Source: Camelus ferus
Lineage: Eukaryota
DNA length: 64,000 bases
Reading direction: 5' to 3'
Assembly: GCF_009834535.1 (NCBI RefSeq)
Contig: NC_045696.1
Span: 35,280,001 to 35,344,000, forward strand
A program made the translations under genes and the position numbers. The notes below the pieces were generated by a model that saw only the letters and a program-made list of their open reading frames with translations, was not told the origin of the DNA and did no database searches. Positions within the stretch are counted from its first letter, which is position 1. Each line of letters opens with the position of its first letter. Positions 1 through 12,959 of the stretch are shown one piece after another.

Positions 1-429
1 CAGAAGTTATATTTAACTTATTATTGGGATTCTGTATATAACTCAAGATTATACAATAAAATCAGATGTTTCATCTATAGTAAAAAAAATTTTTGAAAGA
101 CTAGTTGTAAAAGATAAGGGGAATTTGTATGACCAATGAATAACACCAACATTTCTATAATACATTCACATACTATTCACATATATTATCTGTTAATACT
201 TCTAATACACATCATTTGTAGTTATTTTTAAAAGATTATTCAGAATTCCAACAATGAGCCAGTTCATTAGATGGGTTCTAAATATTGCAAATTCAGCCCT
301 TGCTTAACTGGTTGAAAATAACAAGTCACTTTCCTTCTATGCCCATATGTTCATTCCATTTCAGACACATCAGCACTCTTAAAATTCTTAAAAACAAACA
401 AACAAGAAACCTAGTTTTGTTTCATTCCA

Positions 430-815
430 CTCCTGGACCATTGGCCTTGCTTCTCCTTCTGCCTAGAATGTCCCTTCTTTAGGTCAGGACAGGATCACTC
501 CATCCCTTTATTAATCTCCCCTTAACTGTCATCTCCTTAGTGAACTCTTCCTTGACTAACTTATATTCATTAAGTTCTTTTTCAAAACTTCTCTTCTAAC
601 TGGTCACTTATCAATCCCACAGCTTCCTTTATTTTTCTTCTCAGTTGAAAATATTTTTAATTAAAACATACTAATCTGTTTACTTTCATTAGGTATTTCC
701 CAATGAGACAAAGCGTAGCCCCTTGAGGTAGGAGCTATGTTCTATGTCCCTCTGCGTCTCGTGCAGAGAGAAGAGCAGGGACTCACAATGATTTATTAAA
801 TACATGGATGAATCA
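430..815 (+). mobile_element. L2 LINE 3' fragment
   Basis: Degenerate L2 3' motifs (cttctgcctagaatgtccctt ... ttgaggtaggagctatgttc ... aatgatttattaaatacatggatgaat). Confidence 0.55.
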
Positions 816-1782
816 CACAATGCACTAAAATGGCAGGAGGCTATTCCTGCCAGTTGTTAATATTTCAAAGAACAGGGCCCTTCTTGTCTACTTAGGCTTT
901 TCTTTCATAATTATAAGACACTGTGAATATATACTTAATAGAAGTAAGAGTCAGGTAAAAGGATGTTCTCTCAGGAATGTGTAATATACTCCAGAGTTGA
1001 AGTAGGGGGTTAGAGTTTCAGTGACTGACAAAGTTACAGATGGAATCTTTGCATAAGTGAATGAAACAGAACCAACTGCAATAAGTGAGCTCATTTGCAG
1101 TTTGTTGTTTTCATAAACAATACCTATCAATCAACCAAAACCAGCTGCTCAATTTTCAGAAGCTATGGGTGAAATTCTTTACTGAAAAGGGTAATAAACT
1201 CAACACTAAAATACATGTGAGCATCTAATTCAGAATTGCCCTTCTAGGCTTTTATTAAACTAGCACAAAATAAAACCATTTCTTCCATCTAACTTTTGAA
1301 TTTGTCCAGAGTTGTAATAACTTTCACAGGTCAAAGAAAAAGAAATTTTGTTTTTGAAAAGCTTTCAAAATCTGCTTCTGATAAATGGAGACAATTGACA
1401 AAATCTTGAAGGGATTTTTTTTTCAACTGAGAAATAAAATTTTAATCACAAAAGCTCACATCAATTACTACTCACCCATTTGACTCAATCTTGCCTGAGT
1501 ACAAACTACATGATGTGCAGACTCCATATCTCATTCAGGCTTAGTTTTCTTACTACCCCCCAAGTGTATGCTGACCACTTTTCATGTTCTTTTAGTGTAG
1601 CTTTTCATCACATTTGAAATTCCCTAGGGTTTTAGGATTTTTAAAATAATTTTCTATGACCAATTATTATGCTCAAAACAGCTTAGTTTTCCTTTTGTGT
1701 GTTACAAAACTCTGATCAATATTTTAAGTGATGTTTGGTGGTTTAGCTCCAAGTCTCTTCCATGTGAACCGACTTTTCTTAC

Positions 1783-2304
1783 TCAGGTTGTGTGAATAGA
1801 AATTATAGCGTGTCAGTTCCACGCTTTGCTCTTTATTTATATGGTATGATAAATGCATTCAGAACCAAAAGACATCTATTTCTTCACTCCAGACTTGGAT
1901 TAACCATACATTAGCCACTTCCTCCTGTTTTGGATCAAACCCTACTCTCGGAACACAGTTTATTCGGTAGCATTAATGGGACATCTAGATCTGCTTTTTT
2001 CTTAAGCTAACTCATTCTGCAATGTCAACAGGCTCTGACTCTAAAACCGGACTCATTATGTTAATTTTAATTGTTAGGCTGCAGATCCCCTGTCTAAGCT
2101 CTGTTCTAGGAATGGGACTTGGTTTTAGAAGCAAAATGACTCTGCTAAAGTAGACCTGAACTCTTTTTGGAAGATTTTTGATCCAAAAGGACAATGCAAA
2201 GCTAAGCCTTGAATTAGCGTTGAACTGTCCATTAACTGAGCACCTGTAATGTGAGGAAATGACTGAAATAAAAGTCAGATCTTCCCTGAATTCAAAGTTC
2301 ACAT
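1783..2304 (-). other. Candidate large internal or terminal exon
   Basis: Strong acceptor ttattactatctttttttcag|ATGTGA at 2305. 3' end uncertain: donor TGA|GTAAGA at 1782, or AATAAA signals (minus strand) at 1959-1964 and 1832-1837. Confidence 0.5.
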
Positions 2305-2642
2305 CTGAAAAAAAGATAGTAATAAAAAATAAATAAAATTTACAAAAGATATGCACACAAATATAAACAGGCATTATTCATGATGTGCCATCAAGCATGA
2401 ACTAGAATATAATACCTATATAAAACTGGATAAATGATTTATGCAAAGGGAAGACAGTGAAAAAAGGCATGAGTATATGAAAGTACATGGAATGTTTGAG
2501 GAAGAGAATATGGTTCCATCTACTGTGATAGGTTACTCATGGAAATTCAAAATTTTTGAGTGCTAAATGAGCCTGGGCATCAATCTGAATGTACACTAAT
2601 AAGCCAGACTGTATAATAATCTATATATCTTATAAATTAGAC

Positions 2643-2815
2643 CAGTGGGACTCAAACATTCGTGTCCCTAAGAATAACCAGGAAGCTTGTTAAAAGTAGA
2701 TTTTCAAATCTATCCACAGAGGTTCTGATTCAGTATGCTTAGGGTGGACCAGGAAACCTGCACAGTTAACAGATATCCAAGGAGATTCTGATTCAGATCA
2801 ATAGCACCCTTTGAT
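2643..2815. mobile_element. MER5A-like hAT-Charlie MITE
   Basis: cagtgggactcaaac ... gcttgttaaaa ... ttctgattcagta ... gattctgat ... ctttga pattern typical of MER5. Confidence 0.7.
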
Positions 2816-3493
2816 CCAGTCCAGGTCCTCACTTAAGGGGCTCTCTGAGCTTTGGAGTGCCTCTCTCAAAACTTTCCATGCTCTCCTTCAGTGCCTGGGA
2901 TCAGCTAGGGCTGGCAGAATCACACACACTGGGATCCACATGGACTTTAGTCCCTGTCTCTCCCCTTCATGATGCTCTTCAACCTCCCACCACTGTGATG
3001 GGTTCATGTGTGCCCAAGGAGCTCCAGGACTTGTACCTATGGGGTTACTCCATGTCCCCAGTATCTCTCCATGGGATTATGTCAATTTGGGCTGCTGAAA
3101 TAGAGCTGGCACTCTGATTTCGGGTGACTCACTCACATCGCACACAGAGCAAGTTCAGACCACCAGGCTATCTAGAGCCCTGACACTGGGACTTTGGGCC
3201 ATGCCTAGACCTGTGCTTCAGCTCTTGCCCTGCCATTGGCTCTTGCTCATCTGTGTTCTGACTTCCACAGGGGTCCCCCTTTTGTTCTGAAGCACCTGAG
3301 TGTGTCAGGGTTGGTGGCAGGCATCCTGCATACTCTTTTGTCACTGGAATCCAAGGAAGTCTGTCCATCCCCTTCACTAGTTCTATGCCATGGATCAGGA
3401 AGCACTTCACAGGTAGCCAGTTATTGCTCCATAATGCACACGGGCCATCCTGACTGATATTCTCTCTTACCTCTGATTAATATGGTTACCTCC

Positions 3494-3531
3494 TAAGACT
3501 GACCTAGAAGGGTCCTTCTAGGTCAGTCTTA
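3494..3531. repeat. Perfect 18-bp inverted repeat with 2-nt spacer
   Basis: taagactgacctagaagg-gt-ccttctaggtcagtctta; the arms are exact reverse complements. Confidence 0.95.
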
Positions 3532-3574
3532 TGCCATATCAGATGAGGGACGGACACTCCTATGATTTCTACAT

Positions 3575-3920
3575 TAATTCAGTTGAACAAATATTTGTTG
3601 AGTACCTAGAAGTTTCCAGACATGATGCAAGGTCTGGGAATATAAGGCCGAACTAAGTCATGACCTCTAGTCTCAAAAAAGGTCACAGTTTGTGAGATGG
3701 ACACATAAAATAAATGAATAAAAGTTACAGTGGCAAATTCTATAAGAGTGGAAAGCATGAATCACCCAGGGGACATAAAAGAGTAAGCAGTTAATTCTAC
3801 CCCAAATTGCATTTAAATCAAACCCGACTATGTATTTAATTAAGTATTCACTCATTCAAGCAGTATTTTTGAGTGTGTCTACACTGTGCCAGATGTTATA
3901 CCAGTCCTAAAGATGAAGAG
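3575..3920 (-). mobile_element. Two L2 3'-end fragments
   Basis: aacaaatatttgttgagtaccta at ~3586 and attcactcattcaagcagtatttttgagtg...tgtgccag at ~3846 match the reverse complement of the L2 tail. Confidence 0.65.
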
Positions 3921-4470
3921 AACTGTCTAAGAGTGGCATGAATGATATACAACTACAAACAGAAGTTGAATAACAAATGAACCTTATTTAAAGGCTTTGG
4001 TCTTCCTCAGAGTTATCTCCCTGATCTACTGAAGATGAGAGCAAGAATTTTTATAGATTACTGAATAAATGAAAGGACAATTTGATGTTTCTAGAATTTT
4101 CAAAAGTCAGCATTTATTTCAAGCCTTTGCTGGAGGAAGATCACTTATTTAGAGCTTTACTTTGGGTTGCATTCTCCCTAATTACAACCTACACATAGCA
4201 AGTTTGCCCAGAATTGATACCCATTCGATAAGTTGCTTGGCAAAGCTTTAACAGCTACAAATAAGTTTTATGAGGAGAATCTGGTTATCATTCAAGAATT
4301 TAAGATTCACTCTATATTTTGTCATCATATTGAATAATAAGCCTCTTTACTGAACGCTATATAGTGAAATGCCCCTACACTTGAACTCGTGAGTTGTCGG
4401 ACTGTGTACCAGCCTCAGCTCATTATTAGGAGAAATTCATTATACTCATATGTAAGTTCCTATAACTTAC

Positions 4471-4496
4471 CTTGTTTTCCACCTCAGATAATGCTT
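4471..4496 (-). other. Candidate 26-nt microexon
   Basis: attactactttcag|AAGCATTATCTGAGGTGGAAAACAAG|gtaagt; consensus donor, purine-rich exon body. Confidence 0.5.
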
Positions 4497-5827
4497 CTGA
4501 AAGTAGTAATTATTATTCTTATTATTACCAACATTTTATTCCAGAATCTGTAAAGTATCCTTTGAACTTCACATTACAAAAGATAGGGTAATTAACATTA
4601 TCATAGATTTTGGAAGCCATTTATTAATCTATTTTGTACAGCTTACTAAGATCCTAGTGTTTGAAAATACTGACTTGATCCATGTTGGTAACTTATTTAG
4701 ACTATAGAGTAGTTTATACAATATGAGATGAAAGCTGTACCTGCACTGAGTTTGGAAACTATTCTTTGAATAGTCTTTGAAACATTTGACTTGTGAAGGA
4801 CCATGTTATAAAACAGTGGACCACTGGTTCCATTTCAACCCTGTGTGGTAACCACAGATTTGATGGCCAAAATATTTATGTCATTTCTTCAAGCCAATAA
4901 AATATGGGATCAGTTAACAATGGTTAGTGATTGCCACTTTCTAAACTTATATATCCTTATAGGGTCTTTTTGTTTGTTTGTTTTTCCATATATAGCTCAT
5001 ATGTGGCAAGTATCTATATACTTCAAATTTCTTAGAGCTTTATGTTTTGCTGTCATTTCACAAAATGATTTCATTAGCGTAATCTTTTGACTTCCTCTCT
5101 CAATGATGCTTTAATTAAGATTATTTCCACAAGAAACTCTGGTTACATTGAATGCTGTCTTTGAATTTCAGCTTCAAATTAGTCATTCCTGACAGGTGTA
5201 GAGATTTAACACACAAAAATCTCAGTAGTATCTGTATTATTACCTTTGGGTATTTGCCACAGAGAGTAAAACCTAAATTCTTTATTCCAGATCACTTTAA
5301 GGGAAAGCTTATAACACCTTAAAACATGTAAGAATCAGATAGTGGGCCTAGTACCGCAGAGATTACTAGGCCCCTAAATAATTGTGATAAATGTAGTGCA
5401 GAGGAAGGCACTGACGGTTCCGAGCCACACTGTGAGACACACTGCACTACTGAGAGATTTAATGGTTAAACTGCAAATTATAGTATCTCTTTATATTTGG
5501 CTGTGAATTTTCCCCTTGATTATCTCTGTATCAGTTTCATCAGTTCCACTAAATTCTGGATCAGGGATTTCCAAGGGGATGCAGATGATCAAGGAACAAA
5601 GATAATAGATTAGAGTGGAGGAAAAGTATTAGAGAACTCAATTTAGTTTTTTAATTTATTCTTTTTAGTTTTACCTTTTGATTATGCCTTATAATACACA
5701 AAATACATAAAATACACAAAATAAGCTATGAAATTTGTAAATAAGACATCTATGTTGGAAGTGTACACGACACATTTCACTAATGATGAGGATAATTTCA
5801 CATGTTTGAACATTGCTGCTGTAGATT

Positions 5828-6160
5828 GTACTAGGTTAGATTATGCTTCCGTAACAAACATCATACAAATGCAGACCCTTAGCACCATAAGGCACTACTT
5901 CCATTTTACACAGTGTCTGCTGTGGGTCTGGGAAACTCTCCAAGGCAACTGTCCTCCATGTAGTGACTCAGTGGGGAAGGTCTAGCATTCTGTAACTGCT
6001 CCATCTTAAACATATGGCCCCTTAGACTGGGCATCAGGGAAGAAGAGTAGGGAGAACTGTGTACAAGCTCTTAAAGGCACATTTTATTGGCAAAGTGAAG
6101 CTCAAAGCCATACTTAATTTCAGGGAAGTGAGAAAATGCAGCCTTCCCATGTATGACAAA
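5828..6160 (-). mobile_element. MaLR solo LTR (MLT1K/L-like)
   Basis: aggttagattatgcttccgtaacaaac ... cattttattggcaaag ... cttaatttcagggaagtgagaaaatgcagcctt. Confidence 0.6.
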
Positions 6161-8598
6161 TATTCGTAAGCAAATCTGATAACTAGTGCATAATTTAAAA
6201 ACAAATCCAGTCTATAATACAATGAATCCATTTCTAAATATATTATAAATGTTTACATGCACATACTCACATACAGAAACACATATATCACTGCTGATCA
6301 TAGAATACATACATAACTATATTATAACAAAAATTCACAAGTCTGTATTTTAATTAATATACCACATTACAAAGTAGAACCTTTAAGTTAAAGTTCTGTT
6401 AGCCTACGATTCAATTCATTTGAAAATCATCCTTTCATATAACACCAAATCTTTTAATACAAATGAGACAAAAATTTCTGTCTAGTTTACTAGGTATAAT
6501 GTAAAAATAGTTAAAAATCATTCATCTTCAGCATCATAATCATATATATTTAATTTAGAAGAGAGGAAATATGACTATAAGAAACTTGGGATTTTGGCAT
6601 TCTTGTTCCACAGAAGCAAATAAGGTATTAAAAATTATTATTTTTAAATACAGGCAATTCTCTGGTTTCTATGTCAAATTCCATCAGTTTGAAGGGACTT
6701 GGCCTTTCACAGCCAAGTTTTAAGCATGTGGAAATTATAAGTGGAAACATATTTTGTCCTCTGATCTTGGAGGTGGCAATTTTTGCTACAAAACTGGGTG
6801 GGAGATTGATCTCACTCTTTGGTTTTCCGCTTTATGATGAAGAATTTACATATGCTATATTATAACCAGCAGTTAAAAAAATAGTGCATAGCCTCAGTGA
6901 AAAAGCAATGCTTCATAACTACGTAATAGCTTCATCAACAAGTAAGAGTCTGCTTCCTGCAGTGAAACCACAAATATGCTGAAAGGCCCTAGCTTTCTGC
7001 AGGATGCACAGAGCTCTCTGTTCAAGTCACTTTTGGACCATTTTCTTTCTGTGTGGTGGCAGTGGTTGTCTGGCTGCGTGGGTGTATATTTGAAACACAT
7101 CTTACAGACTTTTTAATAATGCATTCTTGGGGAGAAAGGGAGACCAGTTTTTTTCCTTTGCTATAAGCACTTAAAGTATTTCTTTGATGACTTACTGATT
7201 TTCTATAGCAACTCAACATTGATTAAATAGGGAAATAAAGAGGATTTTTGAAGGAAAGTAGAAAAAAAGTAGTTGAAATTTTTTGTTATCAAGTTTGTTT
7301 ATATTCATTTATTATCCGTGCTACAAAATCTTTAATGACTAAGCTAAGATCTCAACAGGAATTATTCATAGTGGGTTAAAGAAGCCAAAGTCATTTATCT
7401 TGAAGGCCTTTCATCTAGTGATATTAGGTCCATAACGTTTACTTGTTCATTTATTCTCAGTTTCCATTTGATATACTCAGTGATGATGTGTTTCCAACTC
7501 TAAGTTATTACCAAATTACCAACCAAGATTAAACAAACAAAAAAAGGGATTCTTCTAGGTCAGACCTTCTAGAGGGCAAGTACCTTGAGTATTCTCATGA
7601 CCTACTTATATTGATTATACGATTAGATGATGACTTTAGCAAATTCTCCCTGGAGAGTTTTCTTCTGATCTATGTCTTTCTTAACAATTTAGGACTGTAT
7701 TAGAGCAAACAAGTTTGGTCTATTTTTATTCCTTATTATTTCAGGAGCAAATTTCACATTCTCCTATAAAATCATCTATAGGATATTGATATATTTATGT
7801 TCATAAATAGATATGTACATCTAAATGAGCAGTTTTCTAAGGTTATCTTGCTGTATGTCTAAGATGAATTTTTAAATAAATCAGTGAACTCCTGAGTCTC
7901 CTTATGCTTATTAGGAAATTATGATTTTTTCATTTAATAAACATAAAATTCATTTAGTTGTCTCTATGCTAGATTATTACCTAAGCATAATAGAGAGATG
8001 GGTTATTTCTAAAACAAAACAAAACCTAAGATTTCACAGGTAAAAATCATAGGTACAGTTGAAATTATTTATCCTATCCCCAAACTCTTAAATTGTATAT
8101 TCTATGTTCTTAAAAACAGTTAAAGATAATTCTTTTACCAACCTAGGAAACTTTTTTGATCACAGATCTCTTTCATTTTTAGGATATTTACTCCTCATTA
8201 GTGATCTAAATTGCTCAAGTTAAAATACACCATTATTTTGTACTATTTAACCAAATACTAAGTAATAAATGAATATTAGAATCCTTACTCCCTATATTAG
8301 ATCACACCTGTTTTCTCACTACCAAGCAAAATAATTATAAATTCTTATTTTTCCAATGTTTAGATGGTTAACAAAATTCTTTTTTGTACCATTTTCAGTT
8401 TTTCTGATTTCTTCTTAATTTGTAAACTTCAGTCCTATGAGCATATAAGGATAAAAGATAATTTCCCAGTACCCAGCACCAGTGCTCCAATACTATAAAA
8501 AATTTAGGCACATTAGCCTCCTCTAAATGGCCTTTAACTCACTAGTTCTTAAATACCATCCTACCCCTGCTGCCTCACCTCCAAGGAAAAGCTAGTTA

Positions 8599-8599
<1 letters not shown>

Positions 8600-8653
<54 letters not shown>
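8600..8653. repeat. (AAC)18 perfect microsatellite
   Basis: 54 nt of uninterrupted AAC. Confidence 0.97.
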
Positions 8654-8654
<1 letters not shown>

Positions 8655-9004
8655 GAATATTTTGCTTACTCATTTAAAGAGCTTGCTTAACTTCACAGAG
8701 GAATATATATAATAAATTGATCCTTGAGATTATGTATCAAGGCTACACTCACAAATATCTTGTACTCAGTAGGTAAATGCGTGGATTCAAAAACAACAGG
8801 AAACGTGAGTTCAGGGTCCCGAAGGTCTAGGGTCTGATTCTTCTGAATCAAGAATATAAGTGTACTGTTTTCATAGTCCTTGGCAAAGGTTTCCTTCCTA
8901 AGATGCTTCATGAGGAGGGTCCCTGGCAGCACTGTAGCACACAGCTGCTGAAACTGACCCCTTATCATTCCAGGCCCACTGCTGGAACCAATTCAGTGCA
9001 AGCT

Positions 9005-9230
9005 TAGTGCGCATTTACTATGTGTCAAGCATTACACAGTATCTTATGCAAAGCTCACATCAATCCTGCACAATACATCATAGTAACCCGTAAGTGCATA
9101 CATGAAGAAACAAAAGTTTACAGGTACTGCAGTATCCAAGGTAACACAGCCAGTGTATAAGAGTCAGAACTCAAACGTCAGGCCTATCTGACTGCAAAGT
9201 CAGTGTCTTTACTCTCCATGCTCTACTGCC
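9005..9230 (-). mobile_element. MIR SINE
   Basis: catttactatgtgtcaagca ... atgaagaaac ... ccaaggtaacacagccagt ... tctgactgcaaag. Confidence 0.7.
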
Positions 9231-12075
9231 TGCGCTTTATGAATGCTTCCTGTGTCCTCTCATTATGTCCTTCCTTCACTCAGACCACGTGACGATTCCT
9301 GGGAATGTATTATTTAGCATCTGTATTTGCCAAATTTCAACATGTTTTAAACTGAAGATAAAATGACTCTGTACAAAAATGAATTAAAATATTTTTTTAA
9401 ATCCCTCCAAACTATAAATCATCACAACTTTAAATGGTGAATGTCAAGTGCTAAAATAAGGCACCAGAAATGCAATTGTGATAAACTGTCATCTTTTTAC
9501 TAAAACAAAAACTAATGAGTGACATAATTACTGATTACAGGGTATATTGTATCCCCTGCCCTCAGAAGGTCTTTCAGACATGTAGATCCTGCTTATATTA
9601 AAATATTCTGCTAAAACTAAGCATTCCACTTATAAATATATATCAGAGCTAATGATTTGAAGCCAGTACTGTCACAGACAGACATCTAATATTTTCACCA
9701 TTGTGTCTTGATATTATAAGCTAGACTCAAAACAACAGTAAAGCAACATGAAGTTTTAGAAACTATCCAAACCTTCAAACTGACTGCCTTAATAACCAGG
9801 GGTTATCACAAAGCTGTCCTGTTAGTTCCCAAGGAGCCTCTATCATAATTTTAAAATTGAAATAATCTCACAAGAGAGGAGATGAAGAATAACCATTTAC
9901 CTCAAAAGGGAAATATTATTCTTTTAAAAATTTTTATGACTTCAAAATAAAATTTAGTTTCACTTGATGAATGTCACTGATTGACTAGTAAACAAACTAC
10001 AAAAATAGGTTCCAATAATTTTATAATGCTGAGCAGTAAGTGAAATTACAAAGTATTTCTTCTTAGCTGCCAACTTTTTGTTTGTTTGTTTTAGGAGTAT
10101 GATCCAGCTCCCAGTTAAAGTATTCTGGCTTTTCTTTGAAAGCTACTTACTTGCTTCTTCACTACAATCATGTGCTTTCAATTTCTTTTGCATTTTACCA
10201 CTTACTTTCTACAGCATTCTTTTATGGCTGAATGACTGCCTGGCAAAATAGAAACTGAACCACAGTATGTAATTAAGTTCTTTGCACAATGGGAGTTAGT
10301 CATCAACACAATTAAACTCCTGGCTTCAGAATCCAGTACTGAAGGAATGAACAGCATAACCAAAGAGCATTCATTCCATTAAGATTTTCCTAAGTCACAG
10401 GACTGAAGAGATCTGCCTGCTTTTTTGGTGTCATGACAAAAATTCAAAATAAATTCTCCTTCGTAAACTGAAAAGAATGCATGTCAGATAGTATCTTGTT
10501 ACTCCTACATTCATTTTTAATAGTTTTTTCACTGTTTTTGAACTCAGAAGAGAGACGTCAGAAAACTGGTGACAAGATACAACATTTAGAGATATTTCGC
10601 TCAAAACCTGGGAAAAAAATGTCCTAAAATATAAAATGTACTTTTTTTACACAGAATAATACTTTGCTATTTTAATATAATCCATAATGCAATAATAGTG
10701 CAACAAAATATAATATGGAATAGTTACATGTATTTTAATATGTTTCAGTTCTTTATAAGTAGCAATTTTAGTTTTAGTTAAAACAGTTCTAGAGCAAATG
10801 AATCATTTTTAACATGATGCAAAATTCAATTTCAAATTGACAGTCAGATATGTATCTAGATTAAAAAAATTAAATGGAGAGCTATTCAGTTGCTGGAAAT
10901 GCACTGGAAGAAATAAGGAAAGTGTGAGTAGATATAGTCTGGTTTTGAAATTTTTATTTTTCAATAAAAATATTTCTAATTATTCCTTGCCCTTGGATCA
11001 CATTATTGATTTAAGTCATATTAATAGGTTCTAATTGAAGCAACTATGAATTCAGGCTAAACTAAAATGTAGAATCACATATTTAAATAAGTGTCATAAA
11101 GTTGTGATAACATTCAGTATTTCAGTGACTACAATTGTCACTAATATTGATAAGGCGTCTAAAGATTTTTACATAGAAAAGACTGAGCATAATATGGTCT
11201 TATAGTTTGTAAACTACTGGGAAAATTTCTCTGACATTTTTGCTGTAAAGTTTTTATTTTGATAACTAGTACATATAGACTCAACCACAATCAGATATAT
11301 AAAAATATAAGCATAAGAGAATTCCAAAGATATGTTGCAATTGGTATTTCTGATACTATTTTTGGCTAGGCGTTTGTTTTTCCTTTGGTAGAGTATCACA
11401 AATATTTTCTGGTTGTTAGTGATTGAGCATGGTCACTTGACTTACTACTATAATCACTAAAGCCTTTTTATAAAATTTGAACTTGGGATAAGAGGGAGGA
11501 CATTCATTAAGTTGCTGAAGAATCATGGAGGAAATGAGAAAATGTAACTATGGTTTGGTTTGGGAAAACTGTATTTTCTTTCAAATTGCTTATGATCACA
11601 CTGCATCCAGCTCTGACTAGATTGCAACCTCCTTAGCTTTTTCCTTAGGACATCATAAACAGGTTTCTTCTTTTTTGAAAGTTATTATTCCTTCATAGTA
11701 CTAATTTACTCAGTGTTTCACTATAGCTATTTTTATAAAGAATTTATCTATTATTTCATAGGTGAATACCAGTAGATTTGTAAATTGCTTCTTTAGGGAA
11801 AGCAAGGAAGGCATTAAGTCTTACACCATAGAAAGTTCTCAAAAATCTTTGAGTCAGCTGCTTGGTAGAGCAATAATTAAATCAGCAGACCATGATGTCT
11901 GCTTTCTGTTCCATTCACACCTGTCTGCCAGCAGGATTACTGGGTAAAAGAAGATCTTGGCTCTGCCCAGACAGTTTCCCCCAGGAAGAAAGACTTCCAG
12001 AATTCTGAATAAGCTGCTTCAAACTGACAAGACGACTTGGGTCCAAGTGGCAAAGAAATGGACCATTGAAGATGC

Positions 12076-12480
12076 TGTGATGAGCAGCCCAGATGCCCCG
12101 TCAGGACTAAAGGACTGATTCCCTCCACTTCTGAAGTGCTGCTGGCTGAGAACCCCCTTCAGGATTCCCTTTGGAGTAGAGAGTTGCCTCACCCCAAATC
12201 ACAACCTCTTTGCAGGGCATCCTGCATCCAATCACTGGTTGATGTAGGGGGATAAAAGCCCTGGACCCTTACCACAATTCAAGATGACTCTGAAGGCCCA
12301 CCCCAGATGCTGAGCTCCCCACAGGGCTGGCATCTGTTGCTGCTGAACTGCACCCCAATTCACCCCAACTTCCTTCTCACTCCAGTCCTGCTTCCTCCTT
12401 CCCTTTCTTCCACAGATATTCATCCCAAGATTCCCTCATAAACCCTCAGCGCTGCCCACCAGTCCCGCCTTTGTCTGGCA
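12076..12480 (+). mobile_element. ERVL solo LTR (LTR16-like)
   Basis: cccagatgccccgtcaggact ... catccaatcactggttgatgtagggggataaaag ... gactctgaaggccca ... ccagtcctgcttcct. Confidence 0.7.
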
Positions 12481-12959
12481 TACTGACATAGAATTAAGTA
12501 ATCCCACATGTTTGGTAAAATAAATACATCTCCCCCCCAAAAAAAAAAATTTAGCAAAAAAACCAATAAGAACTCTCAAAAATGTGAAGACTTTAAATCC
12601 TAAGCATTCTTGTTGGAGAATGTTTTGAGGCATATTTTCCTTTTGTACACACAAGGAGGGCAGCCATTTACTTGACGAAAAGGAAGGGAAAGGCAACATC
12701 TCACTTTAGGGTTATTACTCAGACCATCATCTAATTTGATTTAAATAAGATTGTAGTAATGTGCATCACTAAAGAATAGAATAGAACATATAATTAACTA
12801 CCCCATATCAAAGTTAGAGAGTGACACTGGTGGATTGTAAGAGAACTGGAATTAAAAAAATAAAATGTGCATTAGATAAAACATTGACAGTGGAACCTAC
12901 TGGTTTTGTTGTTAAAATTTTTTTCAAAATATTAGTTAGAGAATGGGATATAATAGTTG

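Noticed and set aside
2815..3480. GC-richer stretch with three overlapping short ORFs
   Set aside because: No splice or codon pattern and no recognisable protein; probably an ancient LTR-type repeat that I cannot assign.
7552..7563. 12-mer cttctaggtcag shared with the palindrome arm at 3515-3526
   Set aside because: Flanks do not align; 12-mer coincidences are expected in 64 kb.
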